From: Acidobacteriota bacterium | GTDB taxonomy: Bacteria; Acidobacteriota; UBA6911; RPQK01; JAJDTT01 | Direction of reading: 5' to 3' | Length of the DNA: 64,000 nt | Assembly: GCA_965209055.1 (NCBI GenBank) | Contig: OZ242374.1 | Coordinates: 2,368,001-2,432,000 of the forward strand | Shown here: positions 9,975-19,000 of the stretch, piece by piece | How positions within the stretch are numbered: position 1 is the first letter of the stretch | How the letters are laid out: each line of letters opens with the position of its first letter | Made by a program: the position numbers and the translations under genes | The notes under the pieces: generated by a model | Database searches by the model: none | Seen by the model: the letters and a program-made list of their open reading frames with translations, nothing else | Told to the model about the DNA's origin: nothing

Positions 9975-11201
9975 TCAATATGACACCAGGTGAGGCCGGA
10001 GGGCATCCTCGTCGAACTCCACCCCCAGACCGGGACGGTCGGGCACCAGCAGGGCTCCGTCCTGAAGGACCATGGGGTCCTTGAGGACGCCGTTGCGCCA
10101 GGGAATTTGGCTGGGGGCGATCCACTCCAGGATGAGCGGATTGGGAATGGCGGCCAGGACATGGGCGGCGGCCATGGTCCCGACCGGTCCCTTGGTGTTA
10201 TGCGGCGCGATGGAGACCTGGTGGGTTTCGGCCAGCGCGCAGACTTTCTTCATCTCCGTGATGCCGCCGACGTAAACGGGGTCGGGCTGCGCCACGTCGA
10301 CGGCGCCGGCCCGGAAGAAGTCGTTGAAACGGTGCTTGCTGGTCAGGCGCTCGGAACCCGCGATCGGGGTCAGGGTTCCCTGCCGCACCTGTGCGTATCC
10401 GGCGGGATCTTCGGGGATGGTCGGTTCTTCCAGAAACAGCAGGCGATAGGGTTCCAGAAGACGGGCGACCTCCAGCGCGGCCCCGGGAGCGAAGGCGGCA
10501 TGGGGATCGTCCATCAGCAGCACCTCTTCGCCCAGGGTCCGGCGAAGGGCGGCGTAACGCCGGTCGATGTTCCTCAACTCCTGCCGGCTGATCCCGGGGC
10601 CGCGGGCCTCCTGGATGGTGATGCCCGACTTGAGCGCCTTGAAGCCTTCGTCCAGGACCCTCTGGGCGTTGGCCGCCAGCGTGTCCTCATTCCCCCCTCC
10701 GAAGTGGGAGTAGACGGGAATCCGGGCGGAGCGGGGACCGCCCAGAAGCGTGCAGACCGGGGCGCCCAGGGCCTTTCCCTTCAGGTCCCAGAGCGCCTGG
10801 TCGATGCCGCTGATGGCGCTGGTGAAGATGACTCCTCCGGTTCGATAGGCGGTGCCGCCGCCGGAATAGAGATCCCGGTAGATGCTCTCGATGTCGAGAG
10901 CGTCCCGGCCCAGGATGTACGGTTTCAGTTCTTCGACCATGCGGGCGACCACCGTCTCCTTCCGGCTGTAGGTCGCCTCGCCGATTCCGGTGAGGCCTTC
11001 CGCGGTATGGACCCGCACATGGGTCCACTTGCGGCCGCAGTCGGACTGAACCAGTTGAACGCTGACGTCCCGGATCGGCATGGAGACGCCGGCCTCGGCC
11101 GTTGAAGCCCGGCCGGGAGCCGCGCCGGAGGCCCGCGCGCCCAACCCCCACAGCCCGGACCCGAATCCGGCGGTCTGCATCAGAAACTGTCTTCGGTTCA
11201 T
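9975..11201 (-). CDS. Enolase-superfamily acid-sugar dehydratase (galactonate dehydratase-like) with Tat signal
   Basis: ATG 11201 gives MNRRQFLMQ. Motifs AISGIDQALWDLKGK, KALKS, DDPH, LEEP, GSE, QPD, APHN and PGLG. Confidence 0.85.
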   Translation of the reverse strand: MNRRQFLMQTAGFGSGLWGLGARASGAAPGRASTAEAGVSMPIRDVSVQLVQSDCGRKWTHVRVHTAEGLTGIGEATYSRKETVVARMVEELKPYILGRDALDIESIYRDLYSGGGTAYRTGGVIFTSAISGIDQALWDLKGKALGAPVCTLLGGPRSARIPVYSHFGGGNEDTLAANAQRVLDEGFKALKSGITIQEARGPGISRQELRNIDRRYAALRRTLGEEVLLMDDPHAAFAPGAALEVARLLEPYRLLFLEEPTIPEDPAGYAQVRQGTLTPIAGSERLTSKHRFNDFFRAGAVDVAQPDPVYVGGITEMKKVCALAETHQVSIAPHNTKGPVGTMAAAHVLAAIPNPLILEWIAPSQIPWRNGVLKDPMVLQDGALLVPDRPGLGVEFDEDALRPHLVSY

Positions 11202-11252
11202 GGTGGAAATCTCTCCGGCCAATCGGTCAAAATCCGAAGCCTCCAGCCGGCG

Positions 11253-12959
11253 TCACGACGGTTCGATACGGTCGGCCCCCTTGATCCCCTCGGGACGGGC
11301 GAAGCTCCGGTACCGGGTCCGGATCTCCACGCCGCTGACGAAGCGGGTCCAACCGGCCGTCGGAGTCAATCTCCGGGCCAGGATCTCGACCCTGTTCTCC
11401 CCCTGTCTCAGCAGTTTCGGATCCAGCTTGGTCCGAAGCCAGTGGGCGGCAAACCCGGACGGAGCCTCGATGGGCCGCCGCAGCCGGACCGGAATTCGAA
11501 GCGCGCGTTCATCCGTCACCTCGAAGCGCTCCCAGGGCAGAAGACGTCCGTTGAGGCGGATCCGGATCTCGTCCTCGACAGGGAAGTTCTGGAGCCGGAG
11601 CGTGAGCCGGGGGTTCCTCAACTCGCCGTCGTTCGCCGCTTCCTCCAGATCGTCGGCGACCTGAAGCGTCAATCCGGCCCACTCGCCTTCCTTCAGTGCG
11701 AGCGGAAGCCTCCGGCCAGGCGGAGGATCGGTAAAGGTTCCGGCCCCTTCCGCCGGCTGGAGAAAATACCGCTTGCTCTCTCGCCGGTAGGTTTCCGGAT
11801 AGGCCATCTCCCGGAGGATCTGATGCTCCTTTTGCGCCAGTGGCCAGCGCAGGTAGCCGAGATAGAGGCCGTTCGCACCCTGCGATCTGAGGGACTGTCC
11901 CAGGGCTCGATACATTTCGATGGTGGGGCGGGGCGTCCGTTCGTCGTAGACTCTCAAAGGAGGACGGACGTAGACTCCCGCCCGGCCGCCAGCCGCGTCA
12001 ACCATCCAGCCCACGTCCACGGCCGGCTCGAAAAGTTGGTCCGAGACCTGGCCCACCACCAGGTCCACGTCCCCTTGCCGGAGCCAGGTTTCGACATCCA
12101 GTCCGACCCTGAGGTTCTCTTCCTTCCTGTGGAACACCCGCGCGCTCACGGTGATGGCCCGATTCCGGCTGCGGCCCACCCCGTCGGCCAGCTCCCGGAC
12201 CTGGCGCACGAAGCGGTTCATGACGGGGAGGTTCTTTTCCACGTCCCGCTTCTTGAAGTAGGCGGCGAAGAACATGAAGTCCAACTCGATCCCGTCGGCG
12301 CGATAGTCCTTCAGAACCTCCCGGACCATGGCCAGCTTGTCTTCCCGGACGCTGTTCAACGAAAAGTCATAGCAGTACTCGAAACCGGGATGCTTCTGGT
12401 CCGGCTCGGCGATGCAGACCGACTTCCCCTGTTTCCACTTGAGCCACCCGCAGCGCTGGGAGCCGGGCCGGTTCCCGTCCTGAAGCTTCAAGCTGGGAAG
12501 AACCGGCAGACTTTCCTCGCGTCCCCGGCGGATCACCTCGCGCAACTGGTCCGTCCCCAGCATCCTGGCGTCCCGCACCATGCACATGATTCGCCAGTCG
12601 ATGATGTGTTCCCAGGTCTGCTTCTCCTGTCCCACGACGCGCCCGACCTTGCTGTCGTGGAAATACACGTCGCCGTAGCCCAACCCCAGGACCAGCATCC
12701 CCACCCCGGTCCCCAACACCTCGTCCACCGGACGCTGGAGCTGAAAGCGGCTCACCGGGGGATCGATTCGCTTGGCGTGGAAGTGGTGGGCGTCGTTGTA
12801 GTAGATGAGGCGGGGCAGCTTTCGTTTCCCGCCATCCACTCGGGGCGCGGCTTCACGTTCCGGCGGTCCCGCGGAGGGCCGTCGCGACGCCGCCAGCGAA
12901 GAGGCCGCGACGCCGGGTCCGACGCCCACGAATCGTCTCCGGGTCCAGTTCGGTTTCAT
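11253..12959 (-). CDS. Tat-exported glycosyl-hydrolase-like TIM-barrel protein (GHL10-like)
   Basis: MKPNWTRRRFV Tat motif, LIYYND and DGIELDF, followed by a probable C-terminal beta-sandwich. Confidence 0.65.
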   Translation of the reverse strand: MKPNWTRRRFVGVGPGVAASSLAASRRPSAGPPEREAAPRVDGGKRKLPRLIYYNDAHHFHAKRIDPPVSRFQLQRPVDEVLGTGVGMLVLGLGYGDVYFHDSKVGRVVGQEKQTWEHIIDWRIMCMVRDARMLGTDQLREVIRRGREESLPVLPSLKLQDGNRPGSQRCGWLKWKQGKSVCIAEPDQKHPGFEYCYDFSLNSVREDKLAMVREVLKDYRADGIELDFMFFAAYFKKRDVEKNLPVMNRFVRQVRELADGVGRSRNRAITVSARVFHRKEENLRVGLDVETWLRQGDVDLVVGQVSDQLFEPAVDVGWMVDAAGGRAGVYVRPPLRVYDERTPRPTIEMYRALGQSLRSQGANGLYLGYLRWPLAQKEHQILREMAYPETYRRESKRYFLQPAEGAGTFTDPPPGRRLPLALKEGEWAGLTLQVADDLEEAANDGELRNPRLTLRLQNFPVEDEIRIRLNGRLLPWERFEVTDERALRIPVRLRRPIEAPSGFAAHWLRTKLDPKLLRQGENRVEILARRLTPTAGWTRFVSGVEIRTRYRSFARPEGIKGADRIEPS

Positions 12960-12989
12960 GATCTCGGGGCTGCTGTCCGTAGGATCCCG

Positions 12990-14279
12990 CTATCCCTGAG
13001 GATCCCGTTTCCAGCCCTCCATCTGCTCCCGGTACCACTCTTCCCCGTGCACTTCCTTCTTGTTGAGATACCGGCTGATGTGAGGAAGGATCTTCAGTTC
13101 CCGGTCCCGAACCGGAAGCCGGACGGGAGCGTAGCCCTGACGGTGTGACTGGCGCAGGGCAATGCCCAATTCCAGGGCCAGCCGCAGGTCGTCACCGCTG
13201 GTTCGCGGCGGGATTCCCTGTTCCAGGGCGTCCACCAATGACTGGATTCCGGACATCTGACGTGTTCCGGGGTGCCGCCACCCCTCGTCGTCATAGACCC
13301 GGCGCCCGAGTCCCGAATCGGGGTACAGTCCCTGGATCTCCTCGAGGCTGTCCCGCCGCCGGGGATCCTTGGCGCTGGCCTTCATCCGGAAGAGGCGAAA
13401 CGTGTACCAGTCGCTCGCGAAGACCCCTTTGCTGCAGAGCACCTCGATCCCCATGCGCGCCACCCGCTGGTTGTGAATAAAGCACTCAATGCCGTTGCTG
13501 AAGCGGACTGTTCCGCCCATGCCCTGGTCCTGGTCGCTGAAGGGGTCGCCGCGGGTCCAGCCGCATACCCACTCCACGGGCGCATCCCGGGCGAACAGCC
13601 TCATGACGCTCAGCCCCTGGCACCCGCCCCCGGAGATCTCGTTGGTGGACTGATAGAGGTTCAGACCGCGGACTTCTCCCAATTCCCCGGATTCCAGGGC
13701 GTCTCGAGCTTGCCAGAACTGGGGAAAGTTTCGGTACATGTCGCCGCCGGCGAAGACGATTCCCTTTCTCTTGCAGGCTTCGACCATCTCGTCCGCCTGC
13801 CGGAGGCTCGCGGATATGGGCTTCTCGCAGTAAATCGCCTTGACCGGGAACCCGGTGCATCCCAGAACCACGCCGGGATTGGCTTTTACCGGAAGGATCG
13901 GGGAGACGATGTCCACCTTCTCCCGGGCCAGCATCTCCCGGTAGTCCTTGTAACCCGGAACGCCGAACCTTCTGGTGAACAGTTCCAGGTTCGCCGGGTC
14001 GATATCGGCGGCGGCCACCACCTCGGTCCGGGGGTGGAGCACATAGCCCCTGGCATAGCCGGTCCCCTTCCGGCCGCATCCCACGATGGCGGCCCGGTAC
14101 GGGGACCGCGCCGCAGGCGCAACAGCCTCGACGGAGGCCTCTCGAGAGGCGACCGCGAACAGGGAGACTCCTCCGGCCCGGAGAAATTCACGCCGGTTCT
14201 GACCCGAAACCTCCCGGAATGAGGTCTTGACGGGTTGAGAACCGGTTCCGCCAACGACTGAGAAATCTTTCGGCCTCAT
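12990..14279 (-). CDS. Gfo/Idh/MocA family oxidoreductase with Tat-like motif
   Basis: NRREFL, AAIVGCGRKG and IYCEKP. The exact start is uncertain. Confidence 0.82.
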   Translation of the reverse strand: MRPKDFSVVGGTGSQPVKTSFREVSGQNRREFLRAGGVSLFAVASREASVEAVAPAARSPYRAAIVGCGRKGTGYARGYVLHPRTEVVAAADIDPANLELFTRRFGVPGYKDYREMLAREKVDIVSPILPVKANPGVVLGCTGFPVKAIYCEKPISASLRQADEMVEACKRKGIVFAGGDMYRNFPQFWQARDALESGELGEVRGLNLYQSTNEISGGGCQGLSVMRLFARDAPVEWVCGWTRGDPFSDQDQGMGGTVRFSNGIECFIHNQRVARMGIEVLCSKGVFASDWYTFRLFRMKASAKDPRRRDSLEEIQGLYPDSGLGRRVYDDEGWRHPGTRQMSGIQSLVDALEQGIPPRTSGDDLRLALELGIALRQSHRQGYAPVRLPVRDRELKILPHISRYLNKKEVHGEEWYREQMEGWKRDPQG

Positions 14280-14461
14280 CGATGCACTCCGTGTTGGATC
14301 AATCCCTCGCCGTAACGTCTGGAAATCGATGCCGGGCTGGAAATCCCGGCTGGTTCAAGAGAGTACCCATGGGCTTGGCCTGTTGGCAAATCGCGGGGTG
14401 CGGGCTGTGGCGCGAATCTGGAGAACGGCCAGACTTTGCCTGCGGAAACGCCGGATGCGAT

Positions 14462-15262
14462 TCAGGGAGATTTCTTGAGCGCCTGAAGGGCGAGGGGCGT
14501 GATCAATCGAGCCGTCATGGCCGGCGACAGGCGGTTCAAGCCGATCATCAACCGGCCCAGCCCGGTCAGATGCACTTCCCGGCGCCGCCGGCGAACCGAA
14601 TCCACAATGGTTCGAGCTACGGATTTCGAGGTCGCCGGCCGGAACAGCGTCAGGGCGGGCGTGGCATTTACGGCGAGTCGAGCCACCTTGTGAAACTCTG
14701 TCTCCGTCAGGCCGGGACAGATGAGGCTGACCCCGACGCCGCTCCCTCTCAGCTCACCCCATAGTGACTCGGCCAGGGCCGCTTGCGCGAACTTGGTCAC
14801 GCAGTATGCCGAAAAATAGGGCATGGCCCTTCTGCCCACCACACTGCTCACCAGGACGATATGCCCGCTACCTTGCCGGAGCAGCCCGGGAAGGGCGGAA
14901 TGGATGGTCTCGTAACCGGACTGGAAATTGACCTGCCAGATGCGGGCCACCTCTTCAGGCGGAACCTCACCGACCGGACCCACGATGCCGTAGCCGGCGT
15001 TGGCCACGACGACGTCCAGACCCTGCAGGTCACGCCGGCATTCGCCAACGATCTCCGTCCCGCGGCCCGGCCGGCTCAGATCGTGGGAGGCCCAGACAGC
15101 CCTTCGCGCACCCCTGCGGAGGCACTCGTGGGCCACCTGCTCCAGTCGCCCGCTCCGGCGAGCCACCAGGAAGAGCTCACAGGATTGAGCGGCGAATGCG
15201 TAGGCGGTGGCTTCCCCGATACCGGACGACGCCCCGGTAATGAGGACTTTTCCGCCCTTCAT
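14462..15262 (-). CDS. Short-chain dehydrogenase/reductase (SDR)
   Basis: TGASSGIG, NAG, catalytic Ser in VSS, YCVTK (YxxxK) and CPG. Confidence 0.9.
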   Translation of the reverse strand: MKGGKVLITGASSGIGEATAYAFAAQSCELFLVARRSGRLEQVAHECLRRGARRAVWASHDLSRPGRGTEIVGECRRDLQGLDVVVANAGYGIVGPVGEVPPEEVARIWQVNFQSGYETIHSALPGLLRQGSGHIVLVSSVVGRRAMPYFSAYCVTKFAQAALAESLWGELRGSGVGVSLICPGLTETEFHKVARLAVNATPALTLFRPATSKSVARTIVDSVRRRRREVHLTGLGRLMIGLNRLSPAMTARLITPLALQALKKSP

Positions 15263-15309
15263 CAATCAGCCCAGTATTGGTCCTCGGGGTCGATGTGAAA
15301 TGCGGGCCG

Positions 15310-16701
15310 TTATTCCTCGTCCAGTTCTTCCGGCATGAGCACGAACTCGGGATAGGCTTCCATGCCCAACTCGCCCACGTCCTGTCCCAGCCGTTCCACT
15401 TGCTCCGACACCCGCACGCTCATCGTCATCGCCAGCACCTTCCACAGAATCAGGGACGTCGTGAACACGAACGCTCCCACCGCCACGATGCCCAACAACT
15501 GCACCCCGAGGTTGCCGCCCGCCGCGATACAGACCGCGATCGTGCCCCAGATCCCCGCAAACAGGTGCGCCGGCACCGCCCCCACCACGTCGTCGATCTT
15601 CGCCCGCTCCAGGAACTTGATCCCCGCCGTGCACAGGATCGCTCCGATCGCCCCGATGACGATCGACCAGTGGTGCGAGACGATGTCCGGTCCCGCAGTG
15701 ATCGCCACCAGTCCCGCGATCGCACCGTTCAACGTCGCGAACAGGTCGTTGCGCCCCAGGATCGGCCGCGACACGATCAGCGCCGTCACTACTCCGGCCG
15801 CCGCCGCCAGGTTCGTGTTCACCAACACGTGGCTCATGGCCAGCGCGTCCGCCGCGCTCCCCAGCGCCAACTGCGACCCGCCGTTGAATCCGAACCACCC
15901 GAACCACAGGATGAACACCCCCAGCGTCACCACGATCACGTTCGACGGCGGCGTCGGCTTCGCCGTCCCGTCCTTGCGGAACTTGCCCAGACGCGGCCCC
16001 ACGATCAGGATCCCCGCCAATGCCGCCCAGCCCCCCGTGCCGTGCACGATCGTCGATCCCGCGAAGTCCTGGAAGCCCATCTCACCCAGCCAGCCGCCGC
16101 CCCACGTCCAGGCGCCCACCACCGGGTAGATCACCGCCGTCAGCACCGCCACGAACACGAAAAACGACCACATCTTCACCCGCTCGGCCAGCGCCCCCGA
16201 GACGATCGACGCCGCCGTCGCCACGAACACCATCTGGAAAAACCAGTCCGACATGGTCGAGTACTTGCTGTCGGCCCCCGTCACCGCCGCCGCCGCTCCG
16301 TCCTCGCCCGCCACCAGCGCCAGATCCTGCGCCGACGGACCGTACAGCAGCTTGAACGACCCGATCACGCTCCCCACGTCCGCGTACATCAGGTTGTAGC
16401 CGATCACGTAGTAGGCCAACCCCGCAATCGAGTACAGGCCGATGTTCTTCATGCAGATCATGGAGGCGTTCTTGGTCCGCACCGATCCGGACTCCAGCAT
16501 CGTGAATCCGGCGCACATCCACATCACCATGGCGCCCCAGATCATGAACGAGAAGGTGTTGAACACGTACAGCACCTCGTCGTCCACCGCCGCCTGCGCC
16601 GCCGTCGTCCCGCACAACAGGCAGATCGCCACCAACAGCAATTTCCCCACCGCTCCCCGCACCAGCCGCTTGTGCAGCGGGATCTTCGTTCCCTCTCTCA
16701 T
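15310..16701 (-). CDS. amt: Ammonium transporter
   Basis: GGAGG RBS and a signal peptide. Motifs AGFTMLESG, FFQMVF, GALAER, DFAGSTIVH, WFGWFGFNGGS and DDVVGAVPAH (twin His intact). Confidence 0.95.
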   Translation of the reverse strand: MREGTKIPLHKRLVRGAVGKLLLVAICLLCGTTAAQAAVDDEVLYVFNTFSFMIWGAMVMWMCAGFTMLESGSVRTKNASMICMKNIGLYSIAGLAYYVIGYNLMYADVGSVIGSFKLLYGPSAQDLALVAGEDGAAAAVTGADSKYSTMSDWFFQMVFVATAASIVSGALAERVKMWSFFVFVAVLTAVIYPVVGAWTWGGGWLGEMGFQDFAGSTIVHGTGGWAALAGILIVGPRLGKFRKDGTAKPTPPSNVIVVTLGVFILWFGWFGFNGGSQLALGSAADALAMSHVLVNTNLAAAAGVVTALIVSRPILGRNDLFATLNGAIAGLVAITAGPDIVSHHWSIVIGAIGAILCTAGIKFLERAKIDDVVGAVPAHLFAGIWGTIAVCIAAGGNLGVQLLGIVAVGAFVFTTSLILWKVLAMTMSVRVSEQVERLGQDVGELGMEAYPEFVLMPEELDEE

Positions 16702-16834
16702 TGCTTCCTCCCCAGTCGTAGTTCCGGCGTATACAGGATCCGTTGGCCCTGTAATCGCGACAGTTTGATCTCAGCTATCAACTTCGAATCCGTCCGGTCG
16801 ACTTCGATCGCACTCGGAGGCGCCAAACAGGTGC

Positions 16835-17170
16835 TCAGCCCGCGTATGAGGCACAGGCTTCGGATCGCGATCCATGAGTCGGGATGACCCGGTCGAAGCC
16901 GCTGATGGTGAAGACCTTCTCGATGGAATCCGAGAGCGAGCAGACTGAAAATCGCCCGCTCCGTCTCTTGACTTGCTGCGCAATAAGCAGAAAAACACGC
17001 AGGCCCGCGCTGCTGATGTATGACAGTCCCTCCAAATCCAGGATGACGTCATCGTCGTCGCCGATGGCCGACTGCAACGCGTTCTGAAATTCCAGCGCAT
17101 TGGCGCCATCGACACGACCGACTGCCGTGGCAATCAAGATTCCATCTTCCCTCTCTGCATGTACTCTCAT
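16835..17170 (-). CDS. STAS domain anti-sigma-factor antagonist
   Basis: 111 aa with GRVD, VILDLEGLSYISSAGLRVFL (phosphorylatable Ser) and VFTISGF. GGAGG RBS. Confidence 0.9.
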   Translation of the reverse strand: MRVHAEREDGILIATAVGRVDGANALEFQNALQSAIGDDDDVILDLEGLSYISSAGLRVFLLIAQQVKRRSGRFSVCSLSDSIEKVFTISGFDRVIPTHGSRSEACASYAG

Positions 17171-17470
17171 TTACCGAACCTCCCACAATTCACCAGCCGA
17201 AGCCTGCCCAATACTGGTCCCGCGGATTTTCCCGGATGTCAAGGCCAGAAGCCAGTAAGTTTAACCTGTCGCTCGACCAGATAATAGAGCCTGTCCGGGA
17301 AAATTCAGGCAAGAAAGGGGCGGAATCGACCGAGGATCCGTGGGAGTCCGGTCGACTATCGAATTCTCGAATAATGGGGCCAGTGACCCTCCCCGGTTCT
17401 ATTGACTCCCCGTTGGAGATCGTGGTACGCCTCTGCTCGGCATGTCGCCGGCGAAGACAAGGAGTTCCTC

Positions 17471-18973
17471 ATGAAACCTAGACCTATTCCGGGATTCGTC
17501 CTGATCCTGCTCTGCTTGACCGTGACAGGCTTTCCGGCCAAACCGCTCACCTACGTGCACATCCCTACGGGACAGCATCAGTTGTTCCTCGATGACTTCC
17601 TGGTCAGCGGCCTGTACCGGGTCGAGCGCCGCGTCAATCCTCCCGTGAAATACGAAGGCAACCCGGTGGTCCGGGCGGACCGGCCCTGGGAGCATTCGCC
17701 GGGTCCATGGTGGAATCCGGGGGTCGCCAAGTCGATCCAGATTCGGAGCGCGCCCTGCTGGGACCCCGAAGAAAAGGTCTGGAAGATGTGGTACTCGGCT
17801 GGCAAGACGGCGTTCGCCCGCTCCCGCGACGGGATCCACTGGGAGAAGCCGTCTCTGGGGAAGCAGGAGTTTCAGGGATCCACGGACAACAACCTGGTGG
17901 TGGTTCGAGGCGAGCCCGAGACCCGCATCCAGCATGTGTTGCTGGACCCCGACGCCGGACCCGAGCGGCGGTACAAGGCACTGACCGGTCCCCACAACCG
18001 GCATCCCCTGATCTCCTCCGACGGGTACGAGTTCACCAAGCTGGACGTCCCCGTGATCCCCAGCCAGGACGAGTCCCATCTCAACTACGATGAGGTGAAG
18101 AAGCGGTTCATCGCCACGGTCAAGCACCGGGGCCCCTTCGGCCGATCGGTTTTTCTCTCGCTGAGCACCGATTTCGAGAACTGGACCGATCCCGAGCTCA
18201 TCTTTCACGCCGATGCCTATGACCAGTTGTTGGGTGAGCAACGGATCCGGGAGCATCTGGTCAATCCCAAGCTCCGCCTGATGACCATCAACCAGCCGGA
18301 GCATTACAATACCGAGATCTACAACATGCCCATCTTTCCCTACGAGGGGATCTACATCGGGTTGCCCAACCACTTCGAAGCCAGCGGCCTTGCACCCAAC
18401 CGGAACCAGGAAGGGATCAACTCGGTGAAGCTGTCCACCAGCCGCGATCTCCGGCGGTGGGTCAAGGTGGGCAACCGGGGATCCTTCATTCCGGTTTCGG
18501 AGTTGGGTGAAGGAGTGATCGATACGGGTCAGGTCCTGGCCGCGTCCCGGCCCCAGGTCCACGGAGACGAACTCTGGTTCTACTACACCGGCTTGAACCA
18601 TCGTTTCCAGACCGACGATCCCTACCGGGGCGGCATTCACCTGGCGAAGCTCAAACGGGACCGGTTCGCCTTTTTCGGCGCCGACCAGGAGGGTGGATTC
18701 GTGGAGACGCGGGCCATCCGTTTTGACGGGAGCCGGCTCTTCATCAATGCCGACGCCTCGGACGGAGAGGTCCGGGTGGAGGTGATCGACCAGCGGGGCC
18801 GCCGCGTGCTGGAGGGGTGGAGCCGGGACCGGTCCCAGCCGATCCAGGGCGACCATTTGCGAGCCGAGGTGAAATGGACCGGCAAACCGGACCTGGGCGC
18901 CTTTCATGGCGAGACGATCCGGTTCCGTTTCCGCCTCTACAACGCCCGGCTGTTCTCGTTCTGGCTGGAATAA
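17471..18973 (+). CDS. Secreted glycoside-hydrolase-like beta-propeller protein, paralog 2
   Basis: AAGGAG RBS before ATG 17471 and a signal peptide. Motifs QLFLDD, SRDGIHW, STDFENW, SRDLRRW, and a C-terminal RFRFRLYNARLFSF resembling the other paralogs. Confidence 0.72.
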   Translation: MKPRPIPGFVLILLCLTVTGFPAKPLTYVHIPTGQHQLFLDDFLVSGLYRVERRVNPPVKYEGNPVVRADRPWEHSPGPWWNPGVAKSIQIRSAPCWDPEEKVWKMWYSAGKTAFARSRDGIHWEKPSLGKQEFQGSTDNNLVVVRGEPETRIQHVLLDPDAGPERRYKALTGPHNRHPLISSDGYEFTKLDVPVIPSQDESHLNYDEVKKRFIATVKHRGPFGRSVFLSLSTDFENWTDPELIFHADAYDQLLGEQRIREHLVNPKLRLMTINQPEHYNTEIYNMPIFPYEGIYIGLPNHFEASGLAPNRNQEGINSVKLSTSRDLRRWVKVGNRGSFIPVSELGEGVIDTGQVLAASRPQVHGDELWFYYTGLNHRFQTDDPYRGGIHLAKLKRDRFAFFGADQEGGFVETRAIRFDGSRLFINADASDGEVRVEVIDQRGRRVLEGWSRDRSQPIQGDHLRAEVKWTGKPDLGAFHGETIRFRFRLYNARLFSFWLE

Positions 18974-19000
18974 CTCTCGCGCCGTGGAAGGAACGAATGC

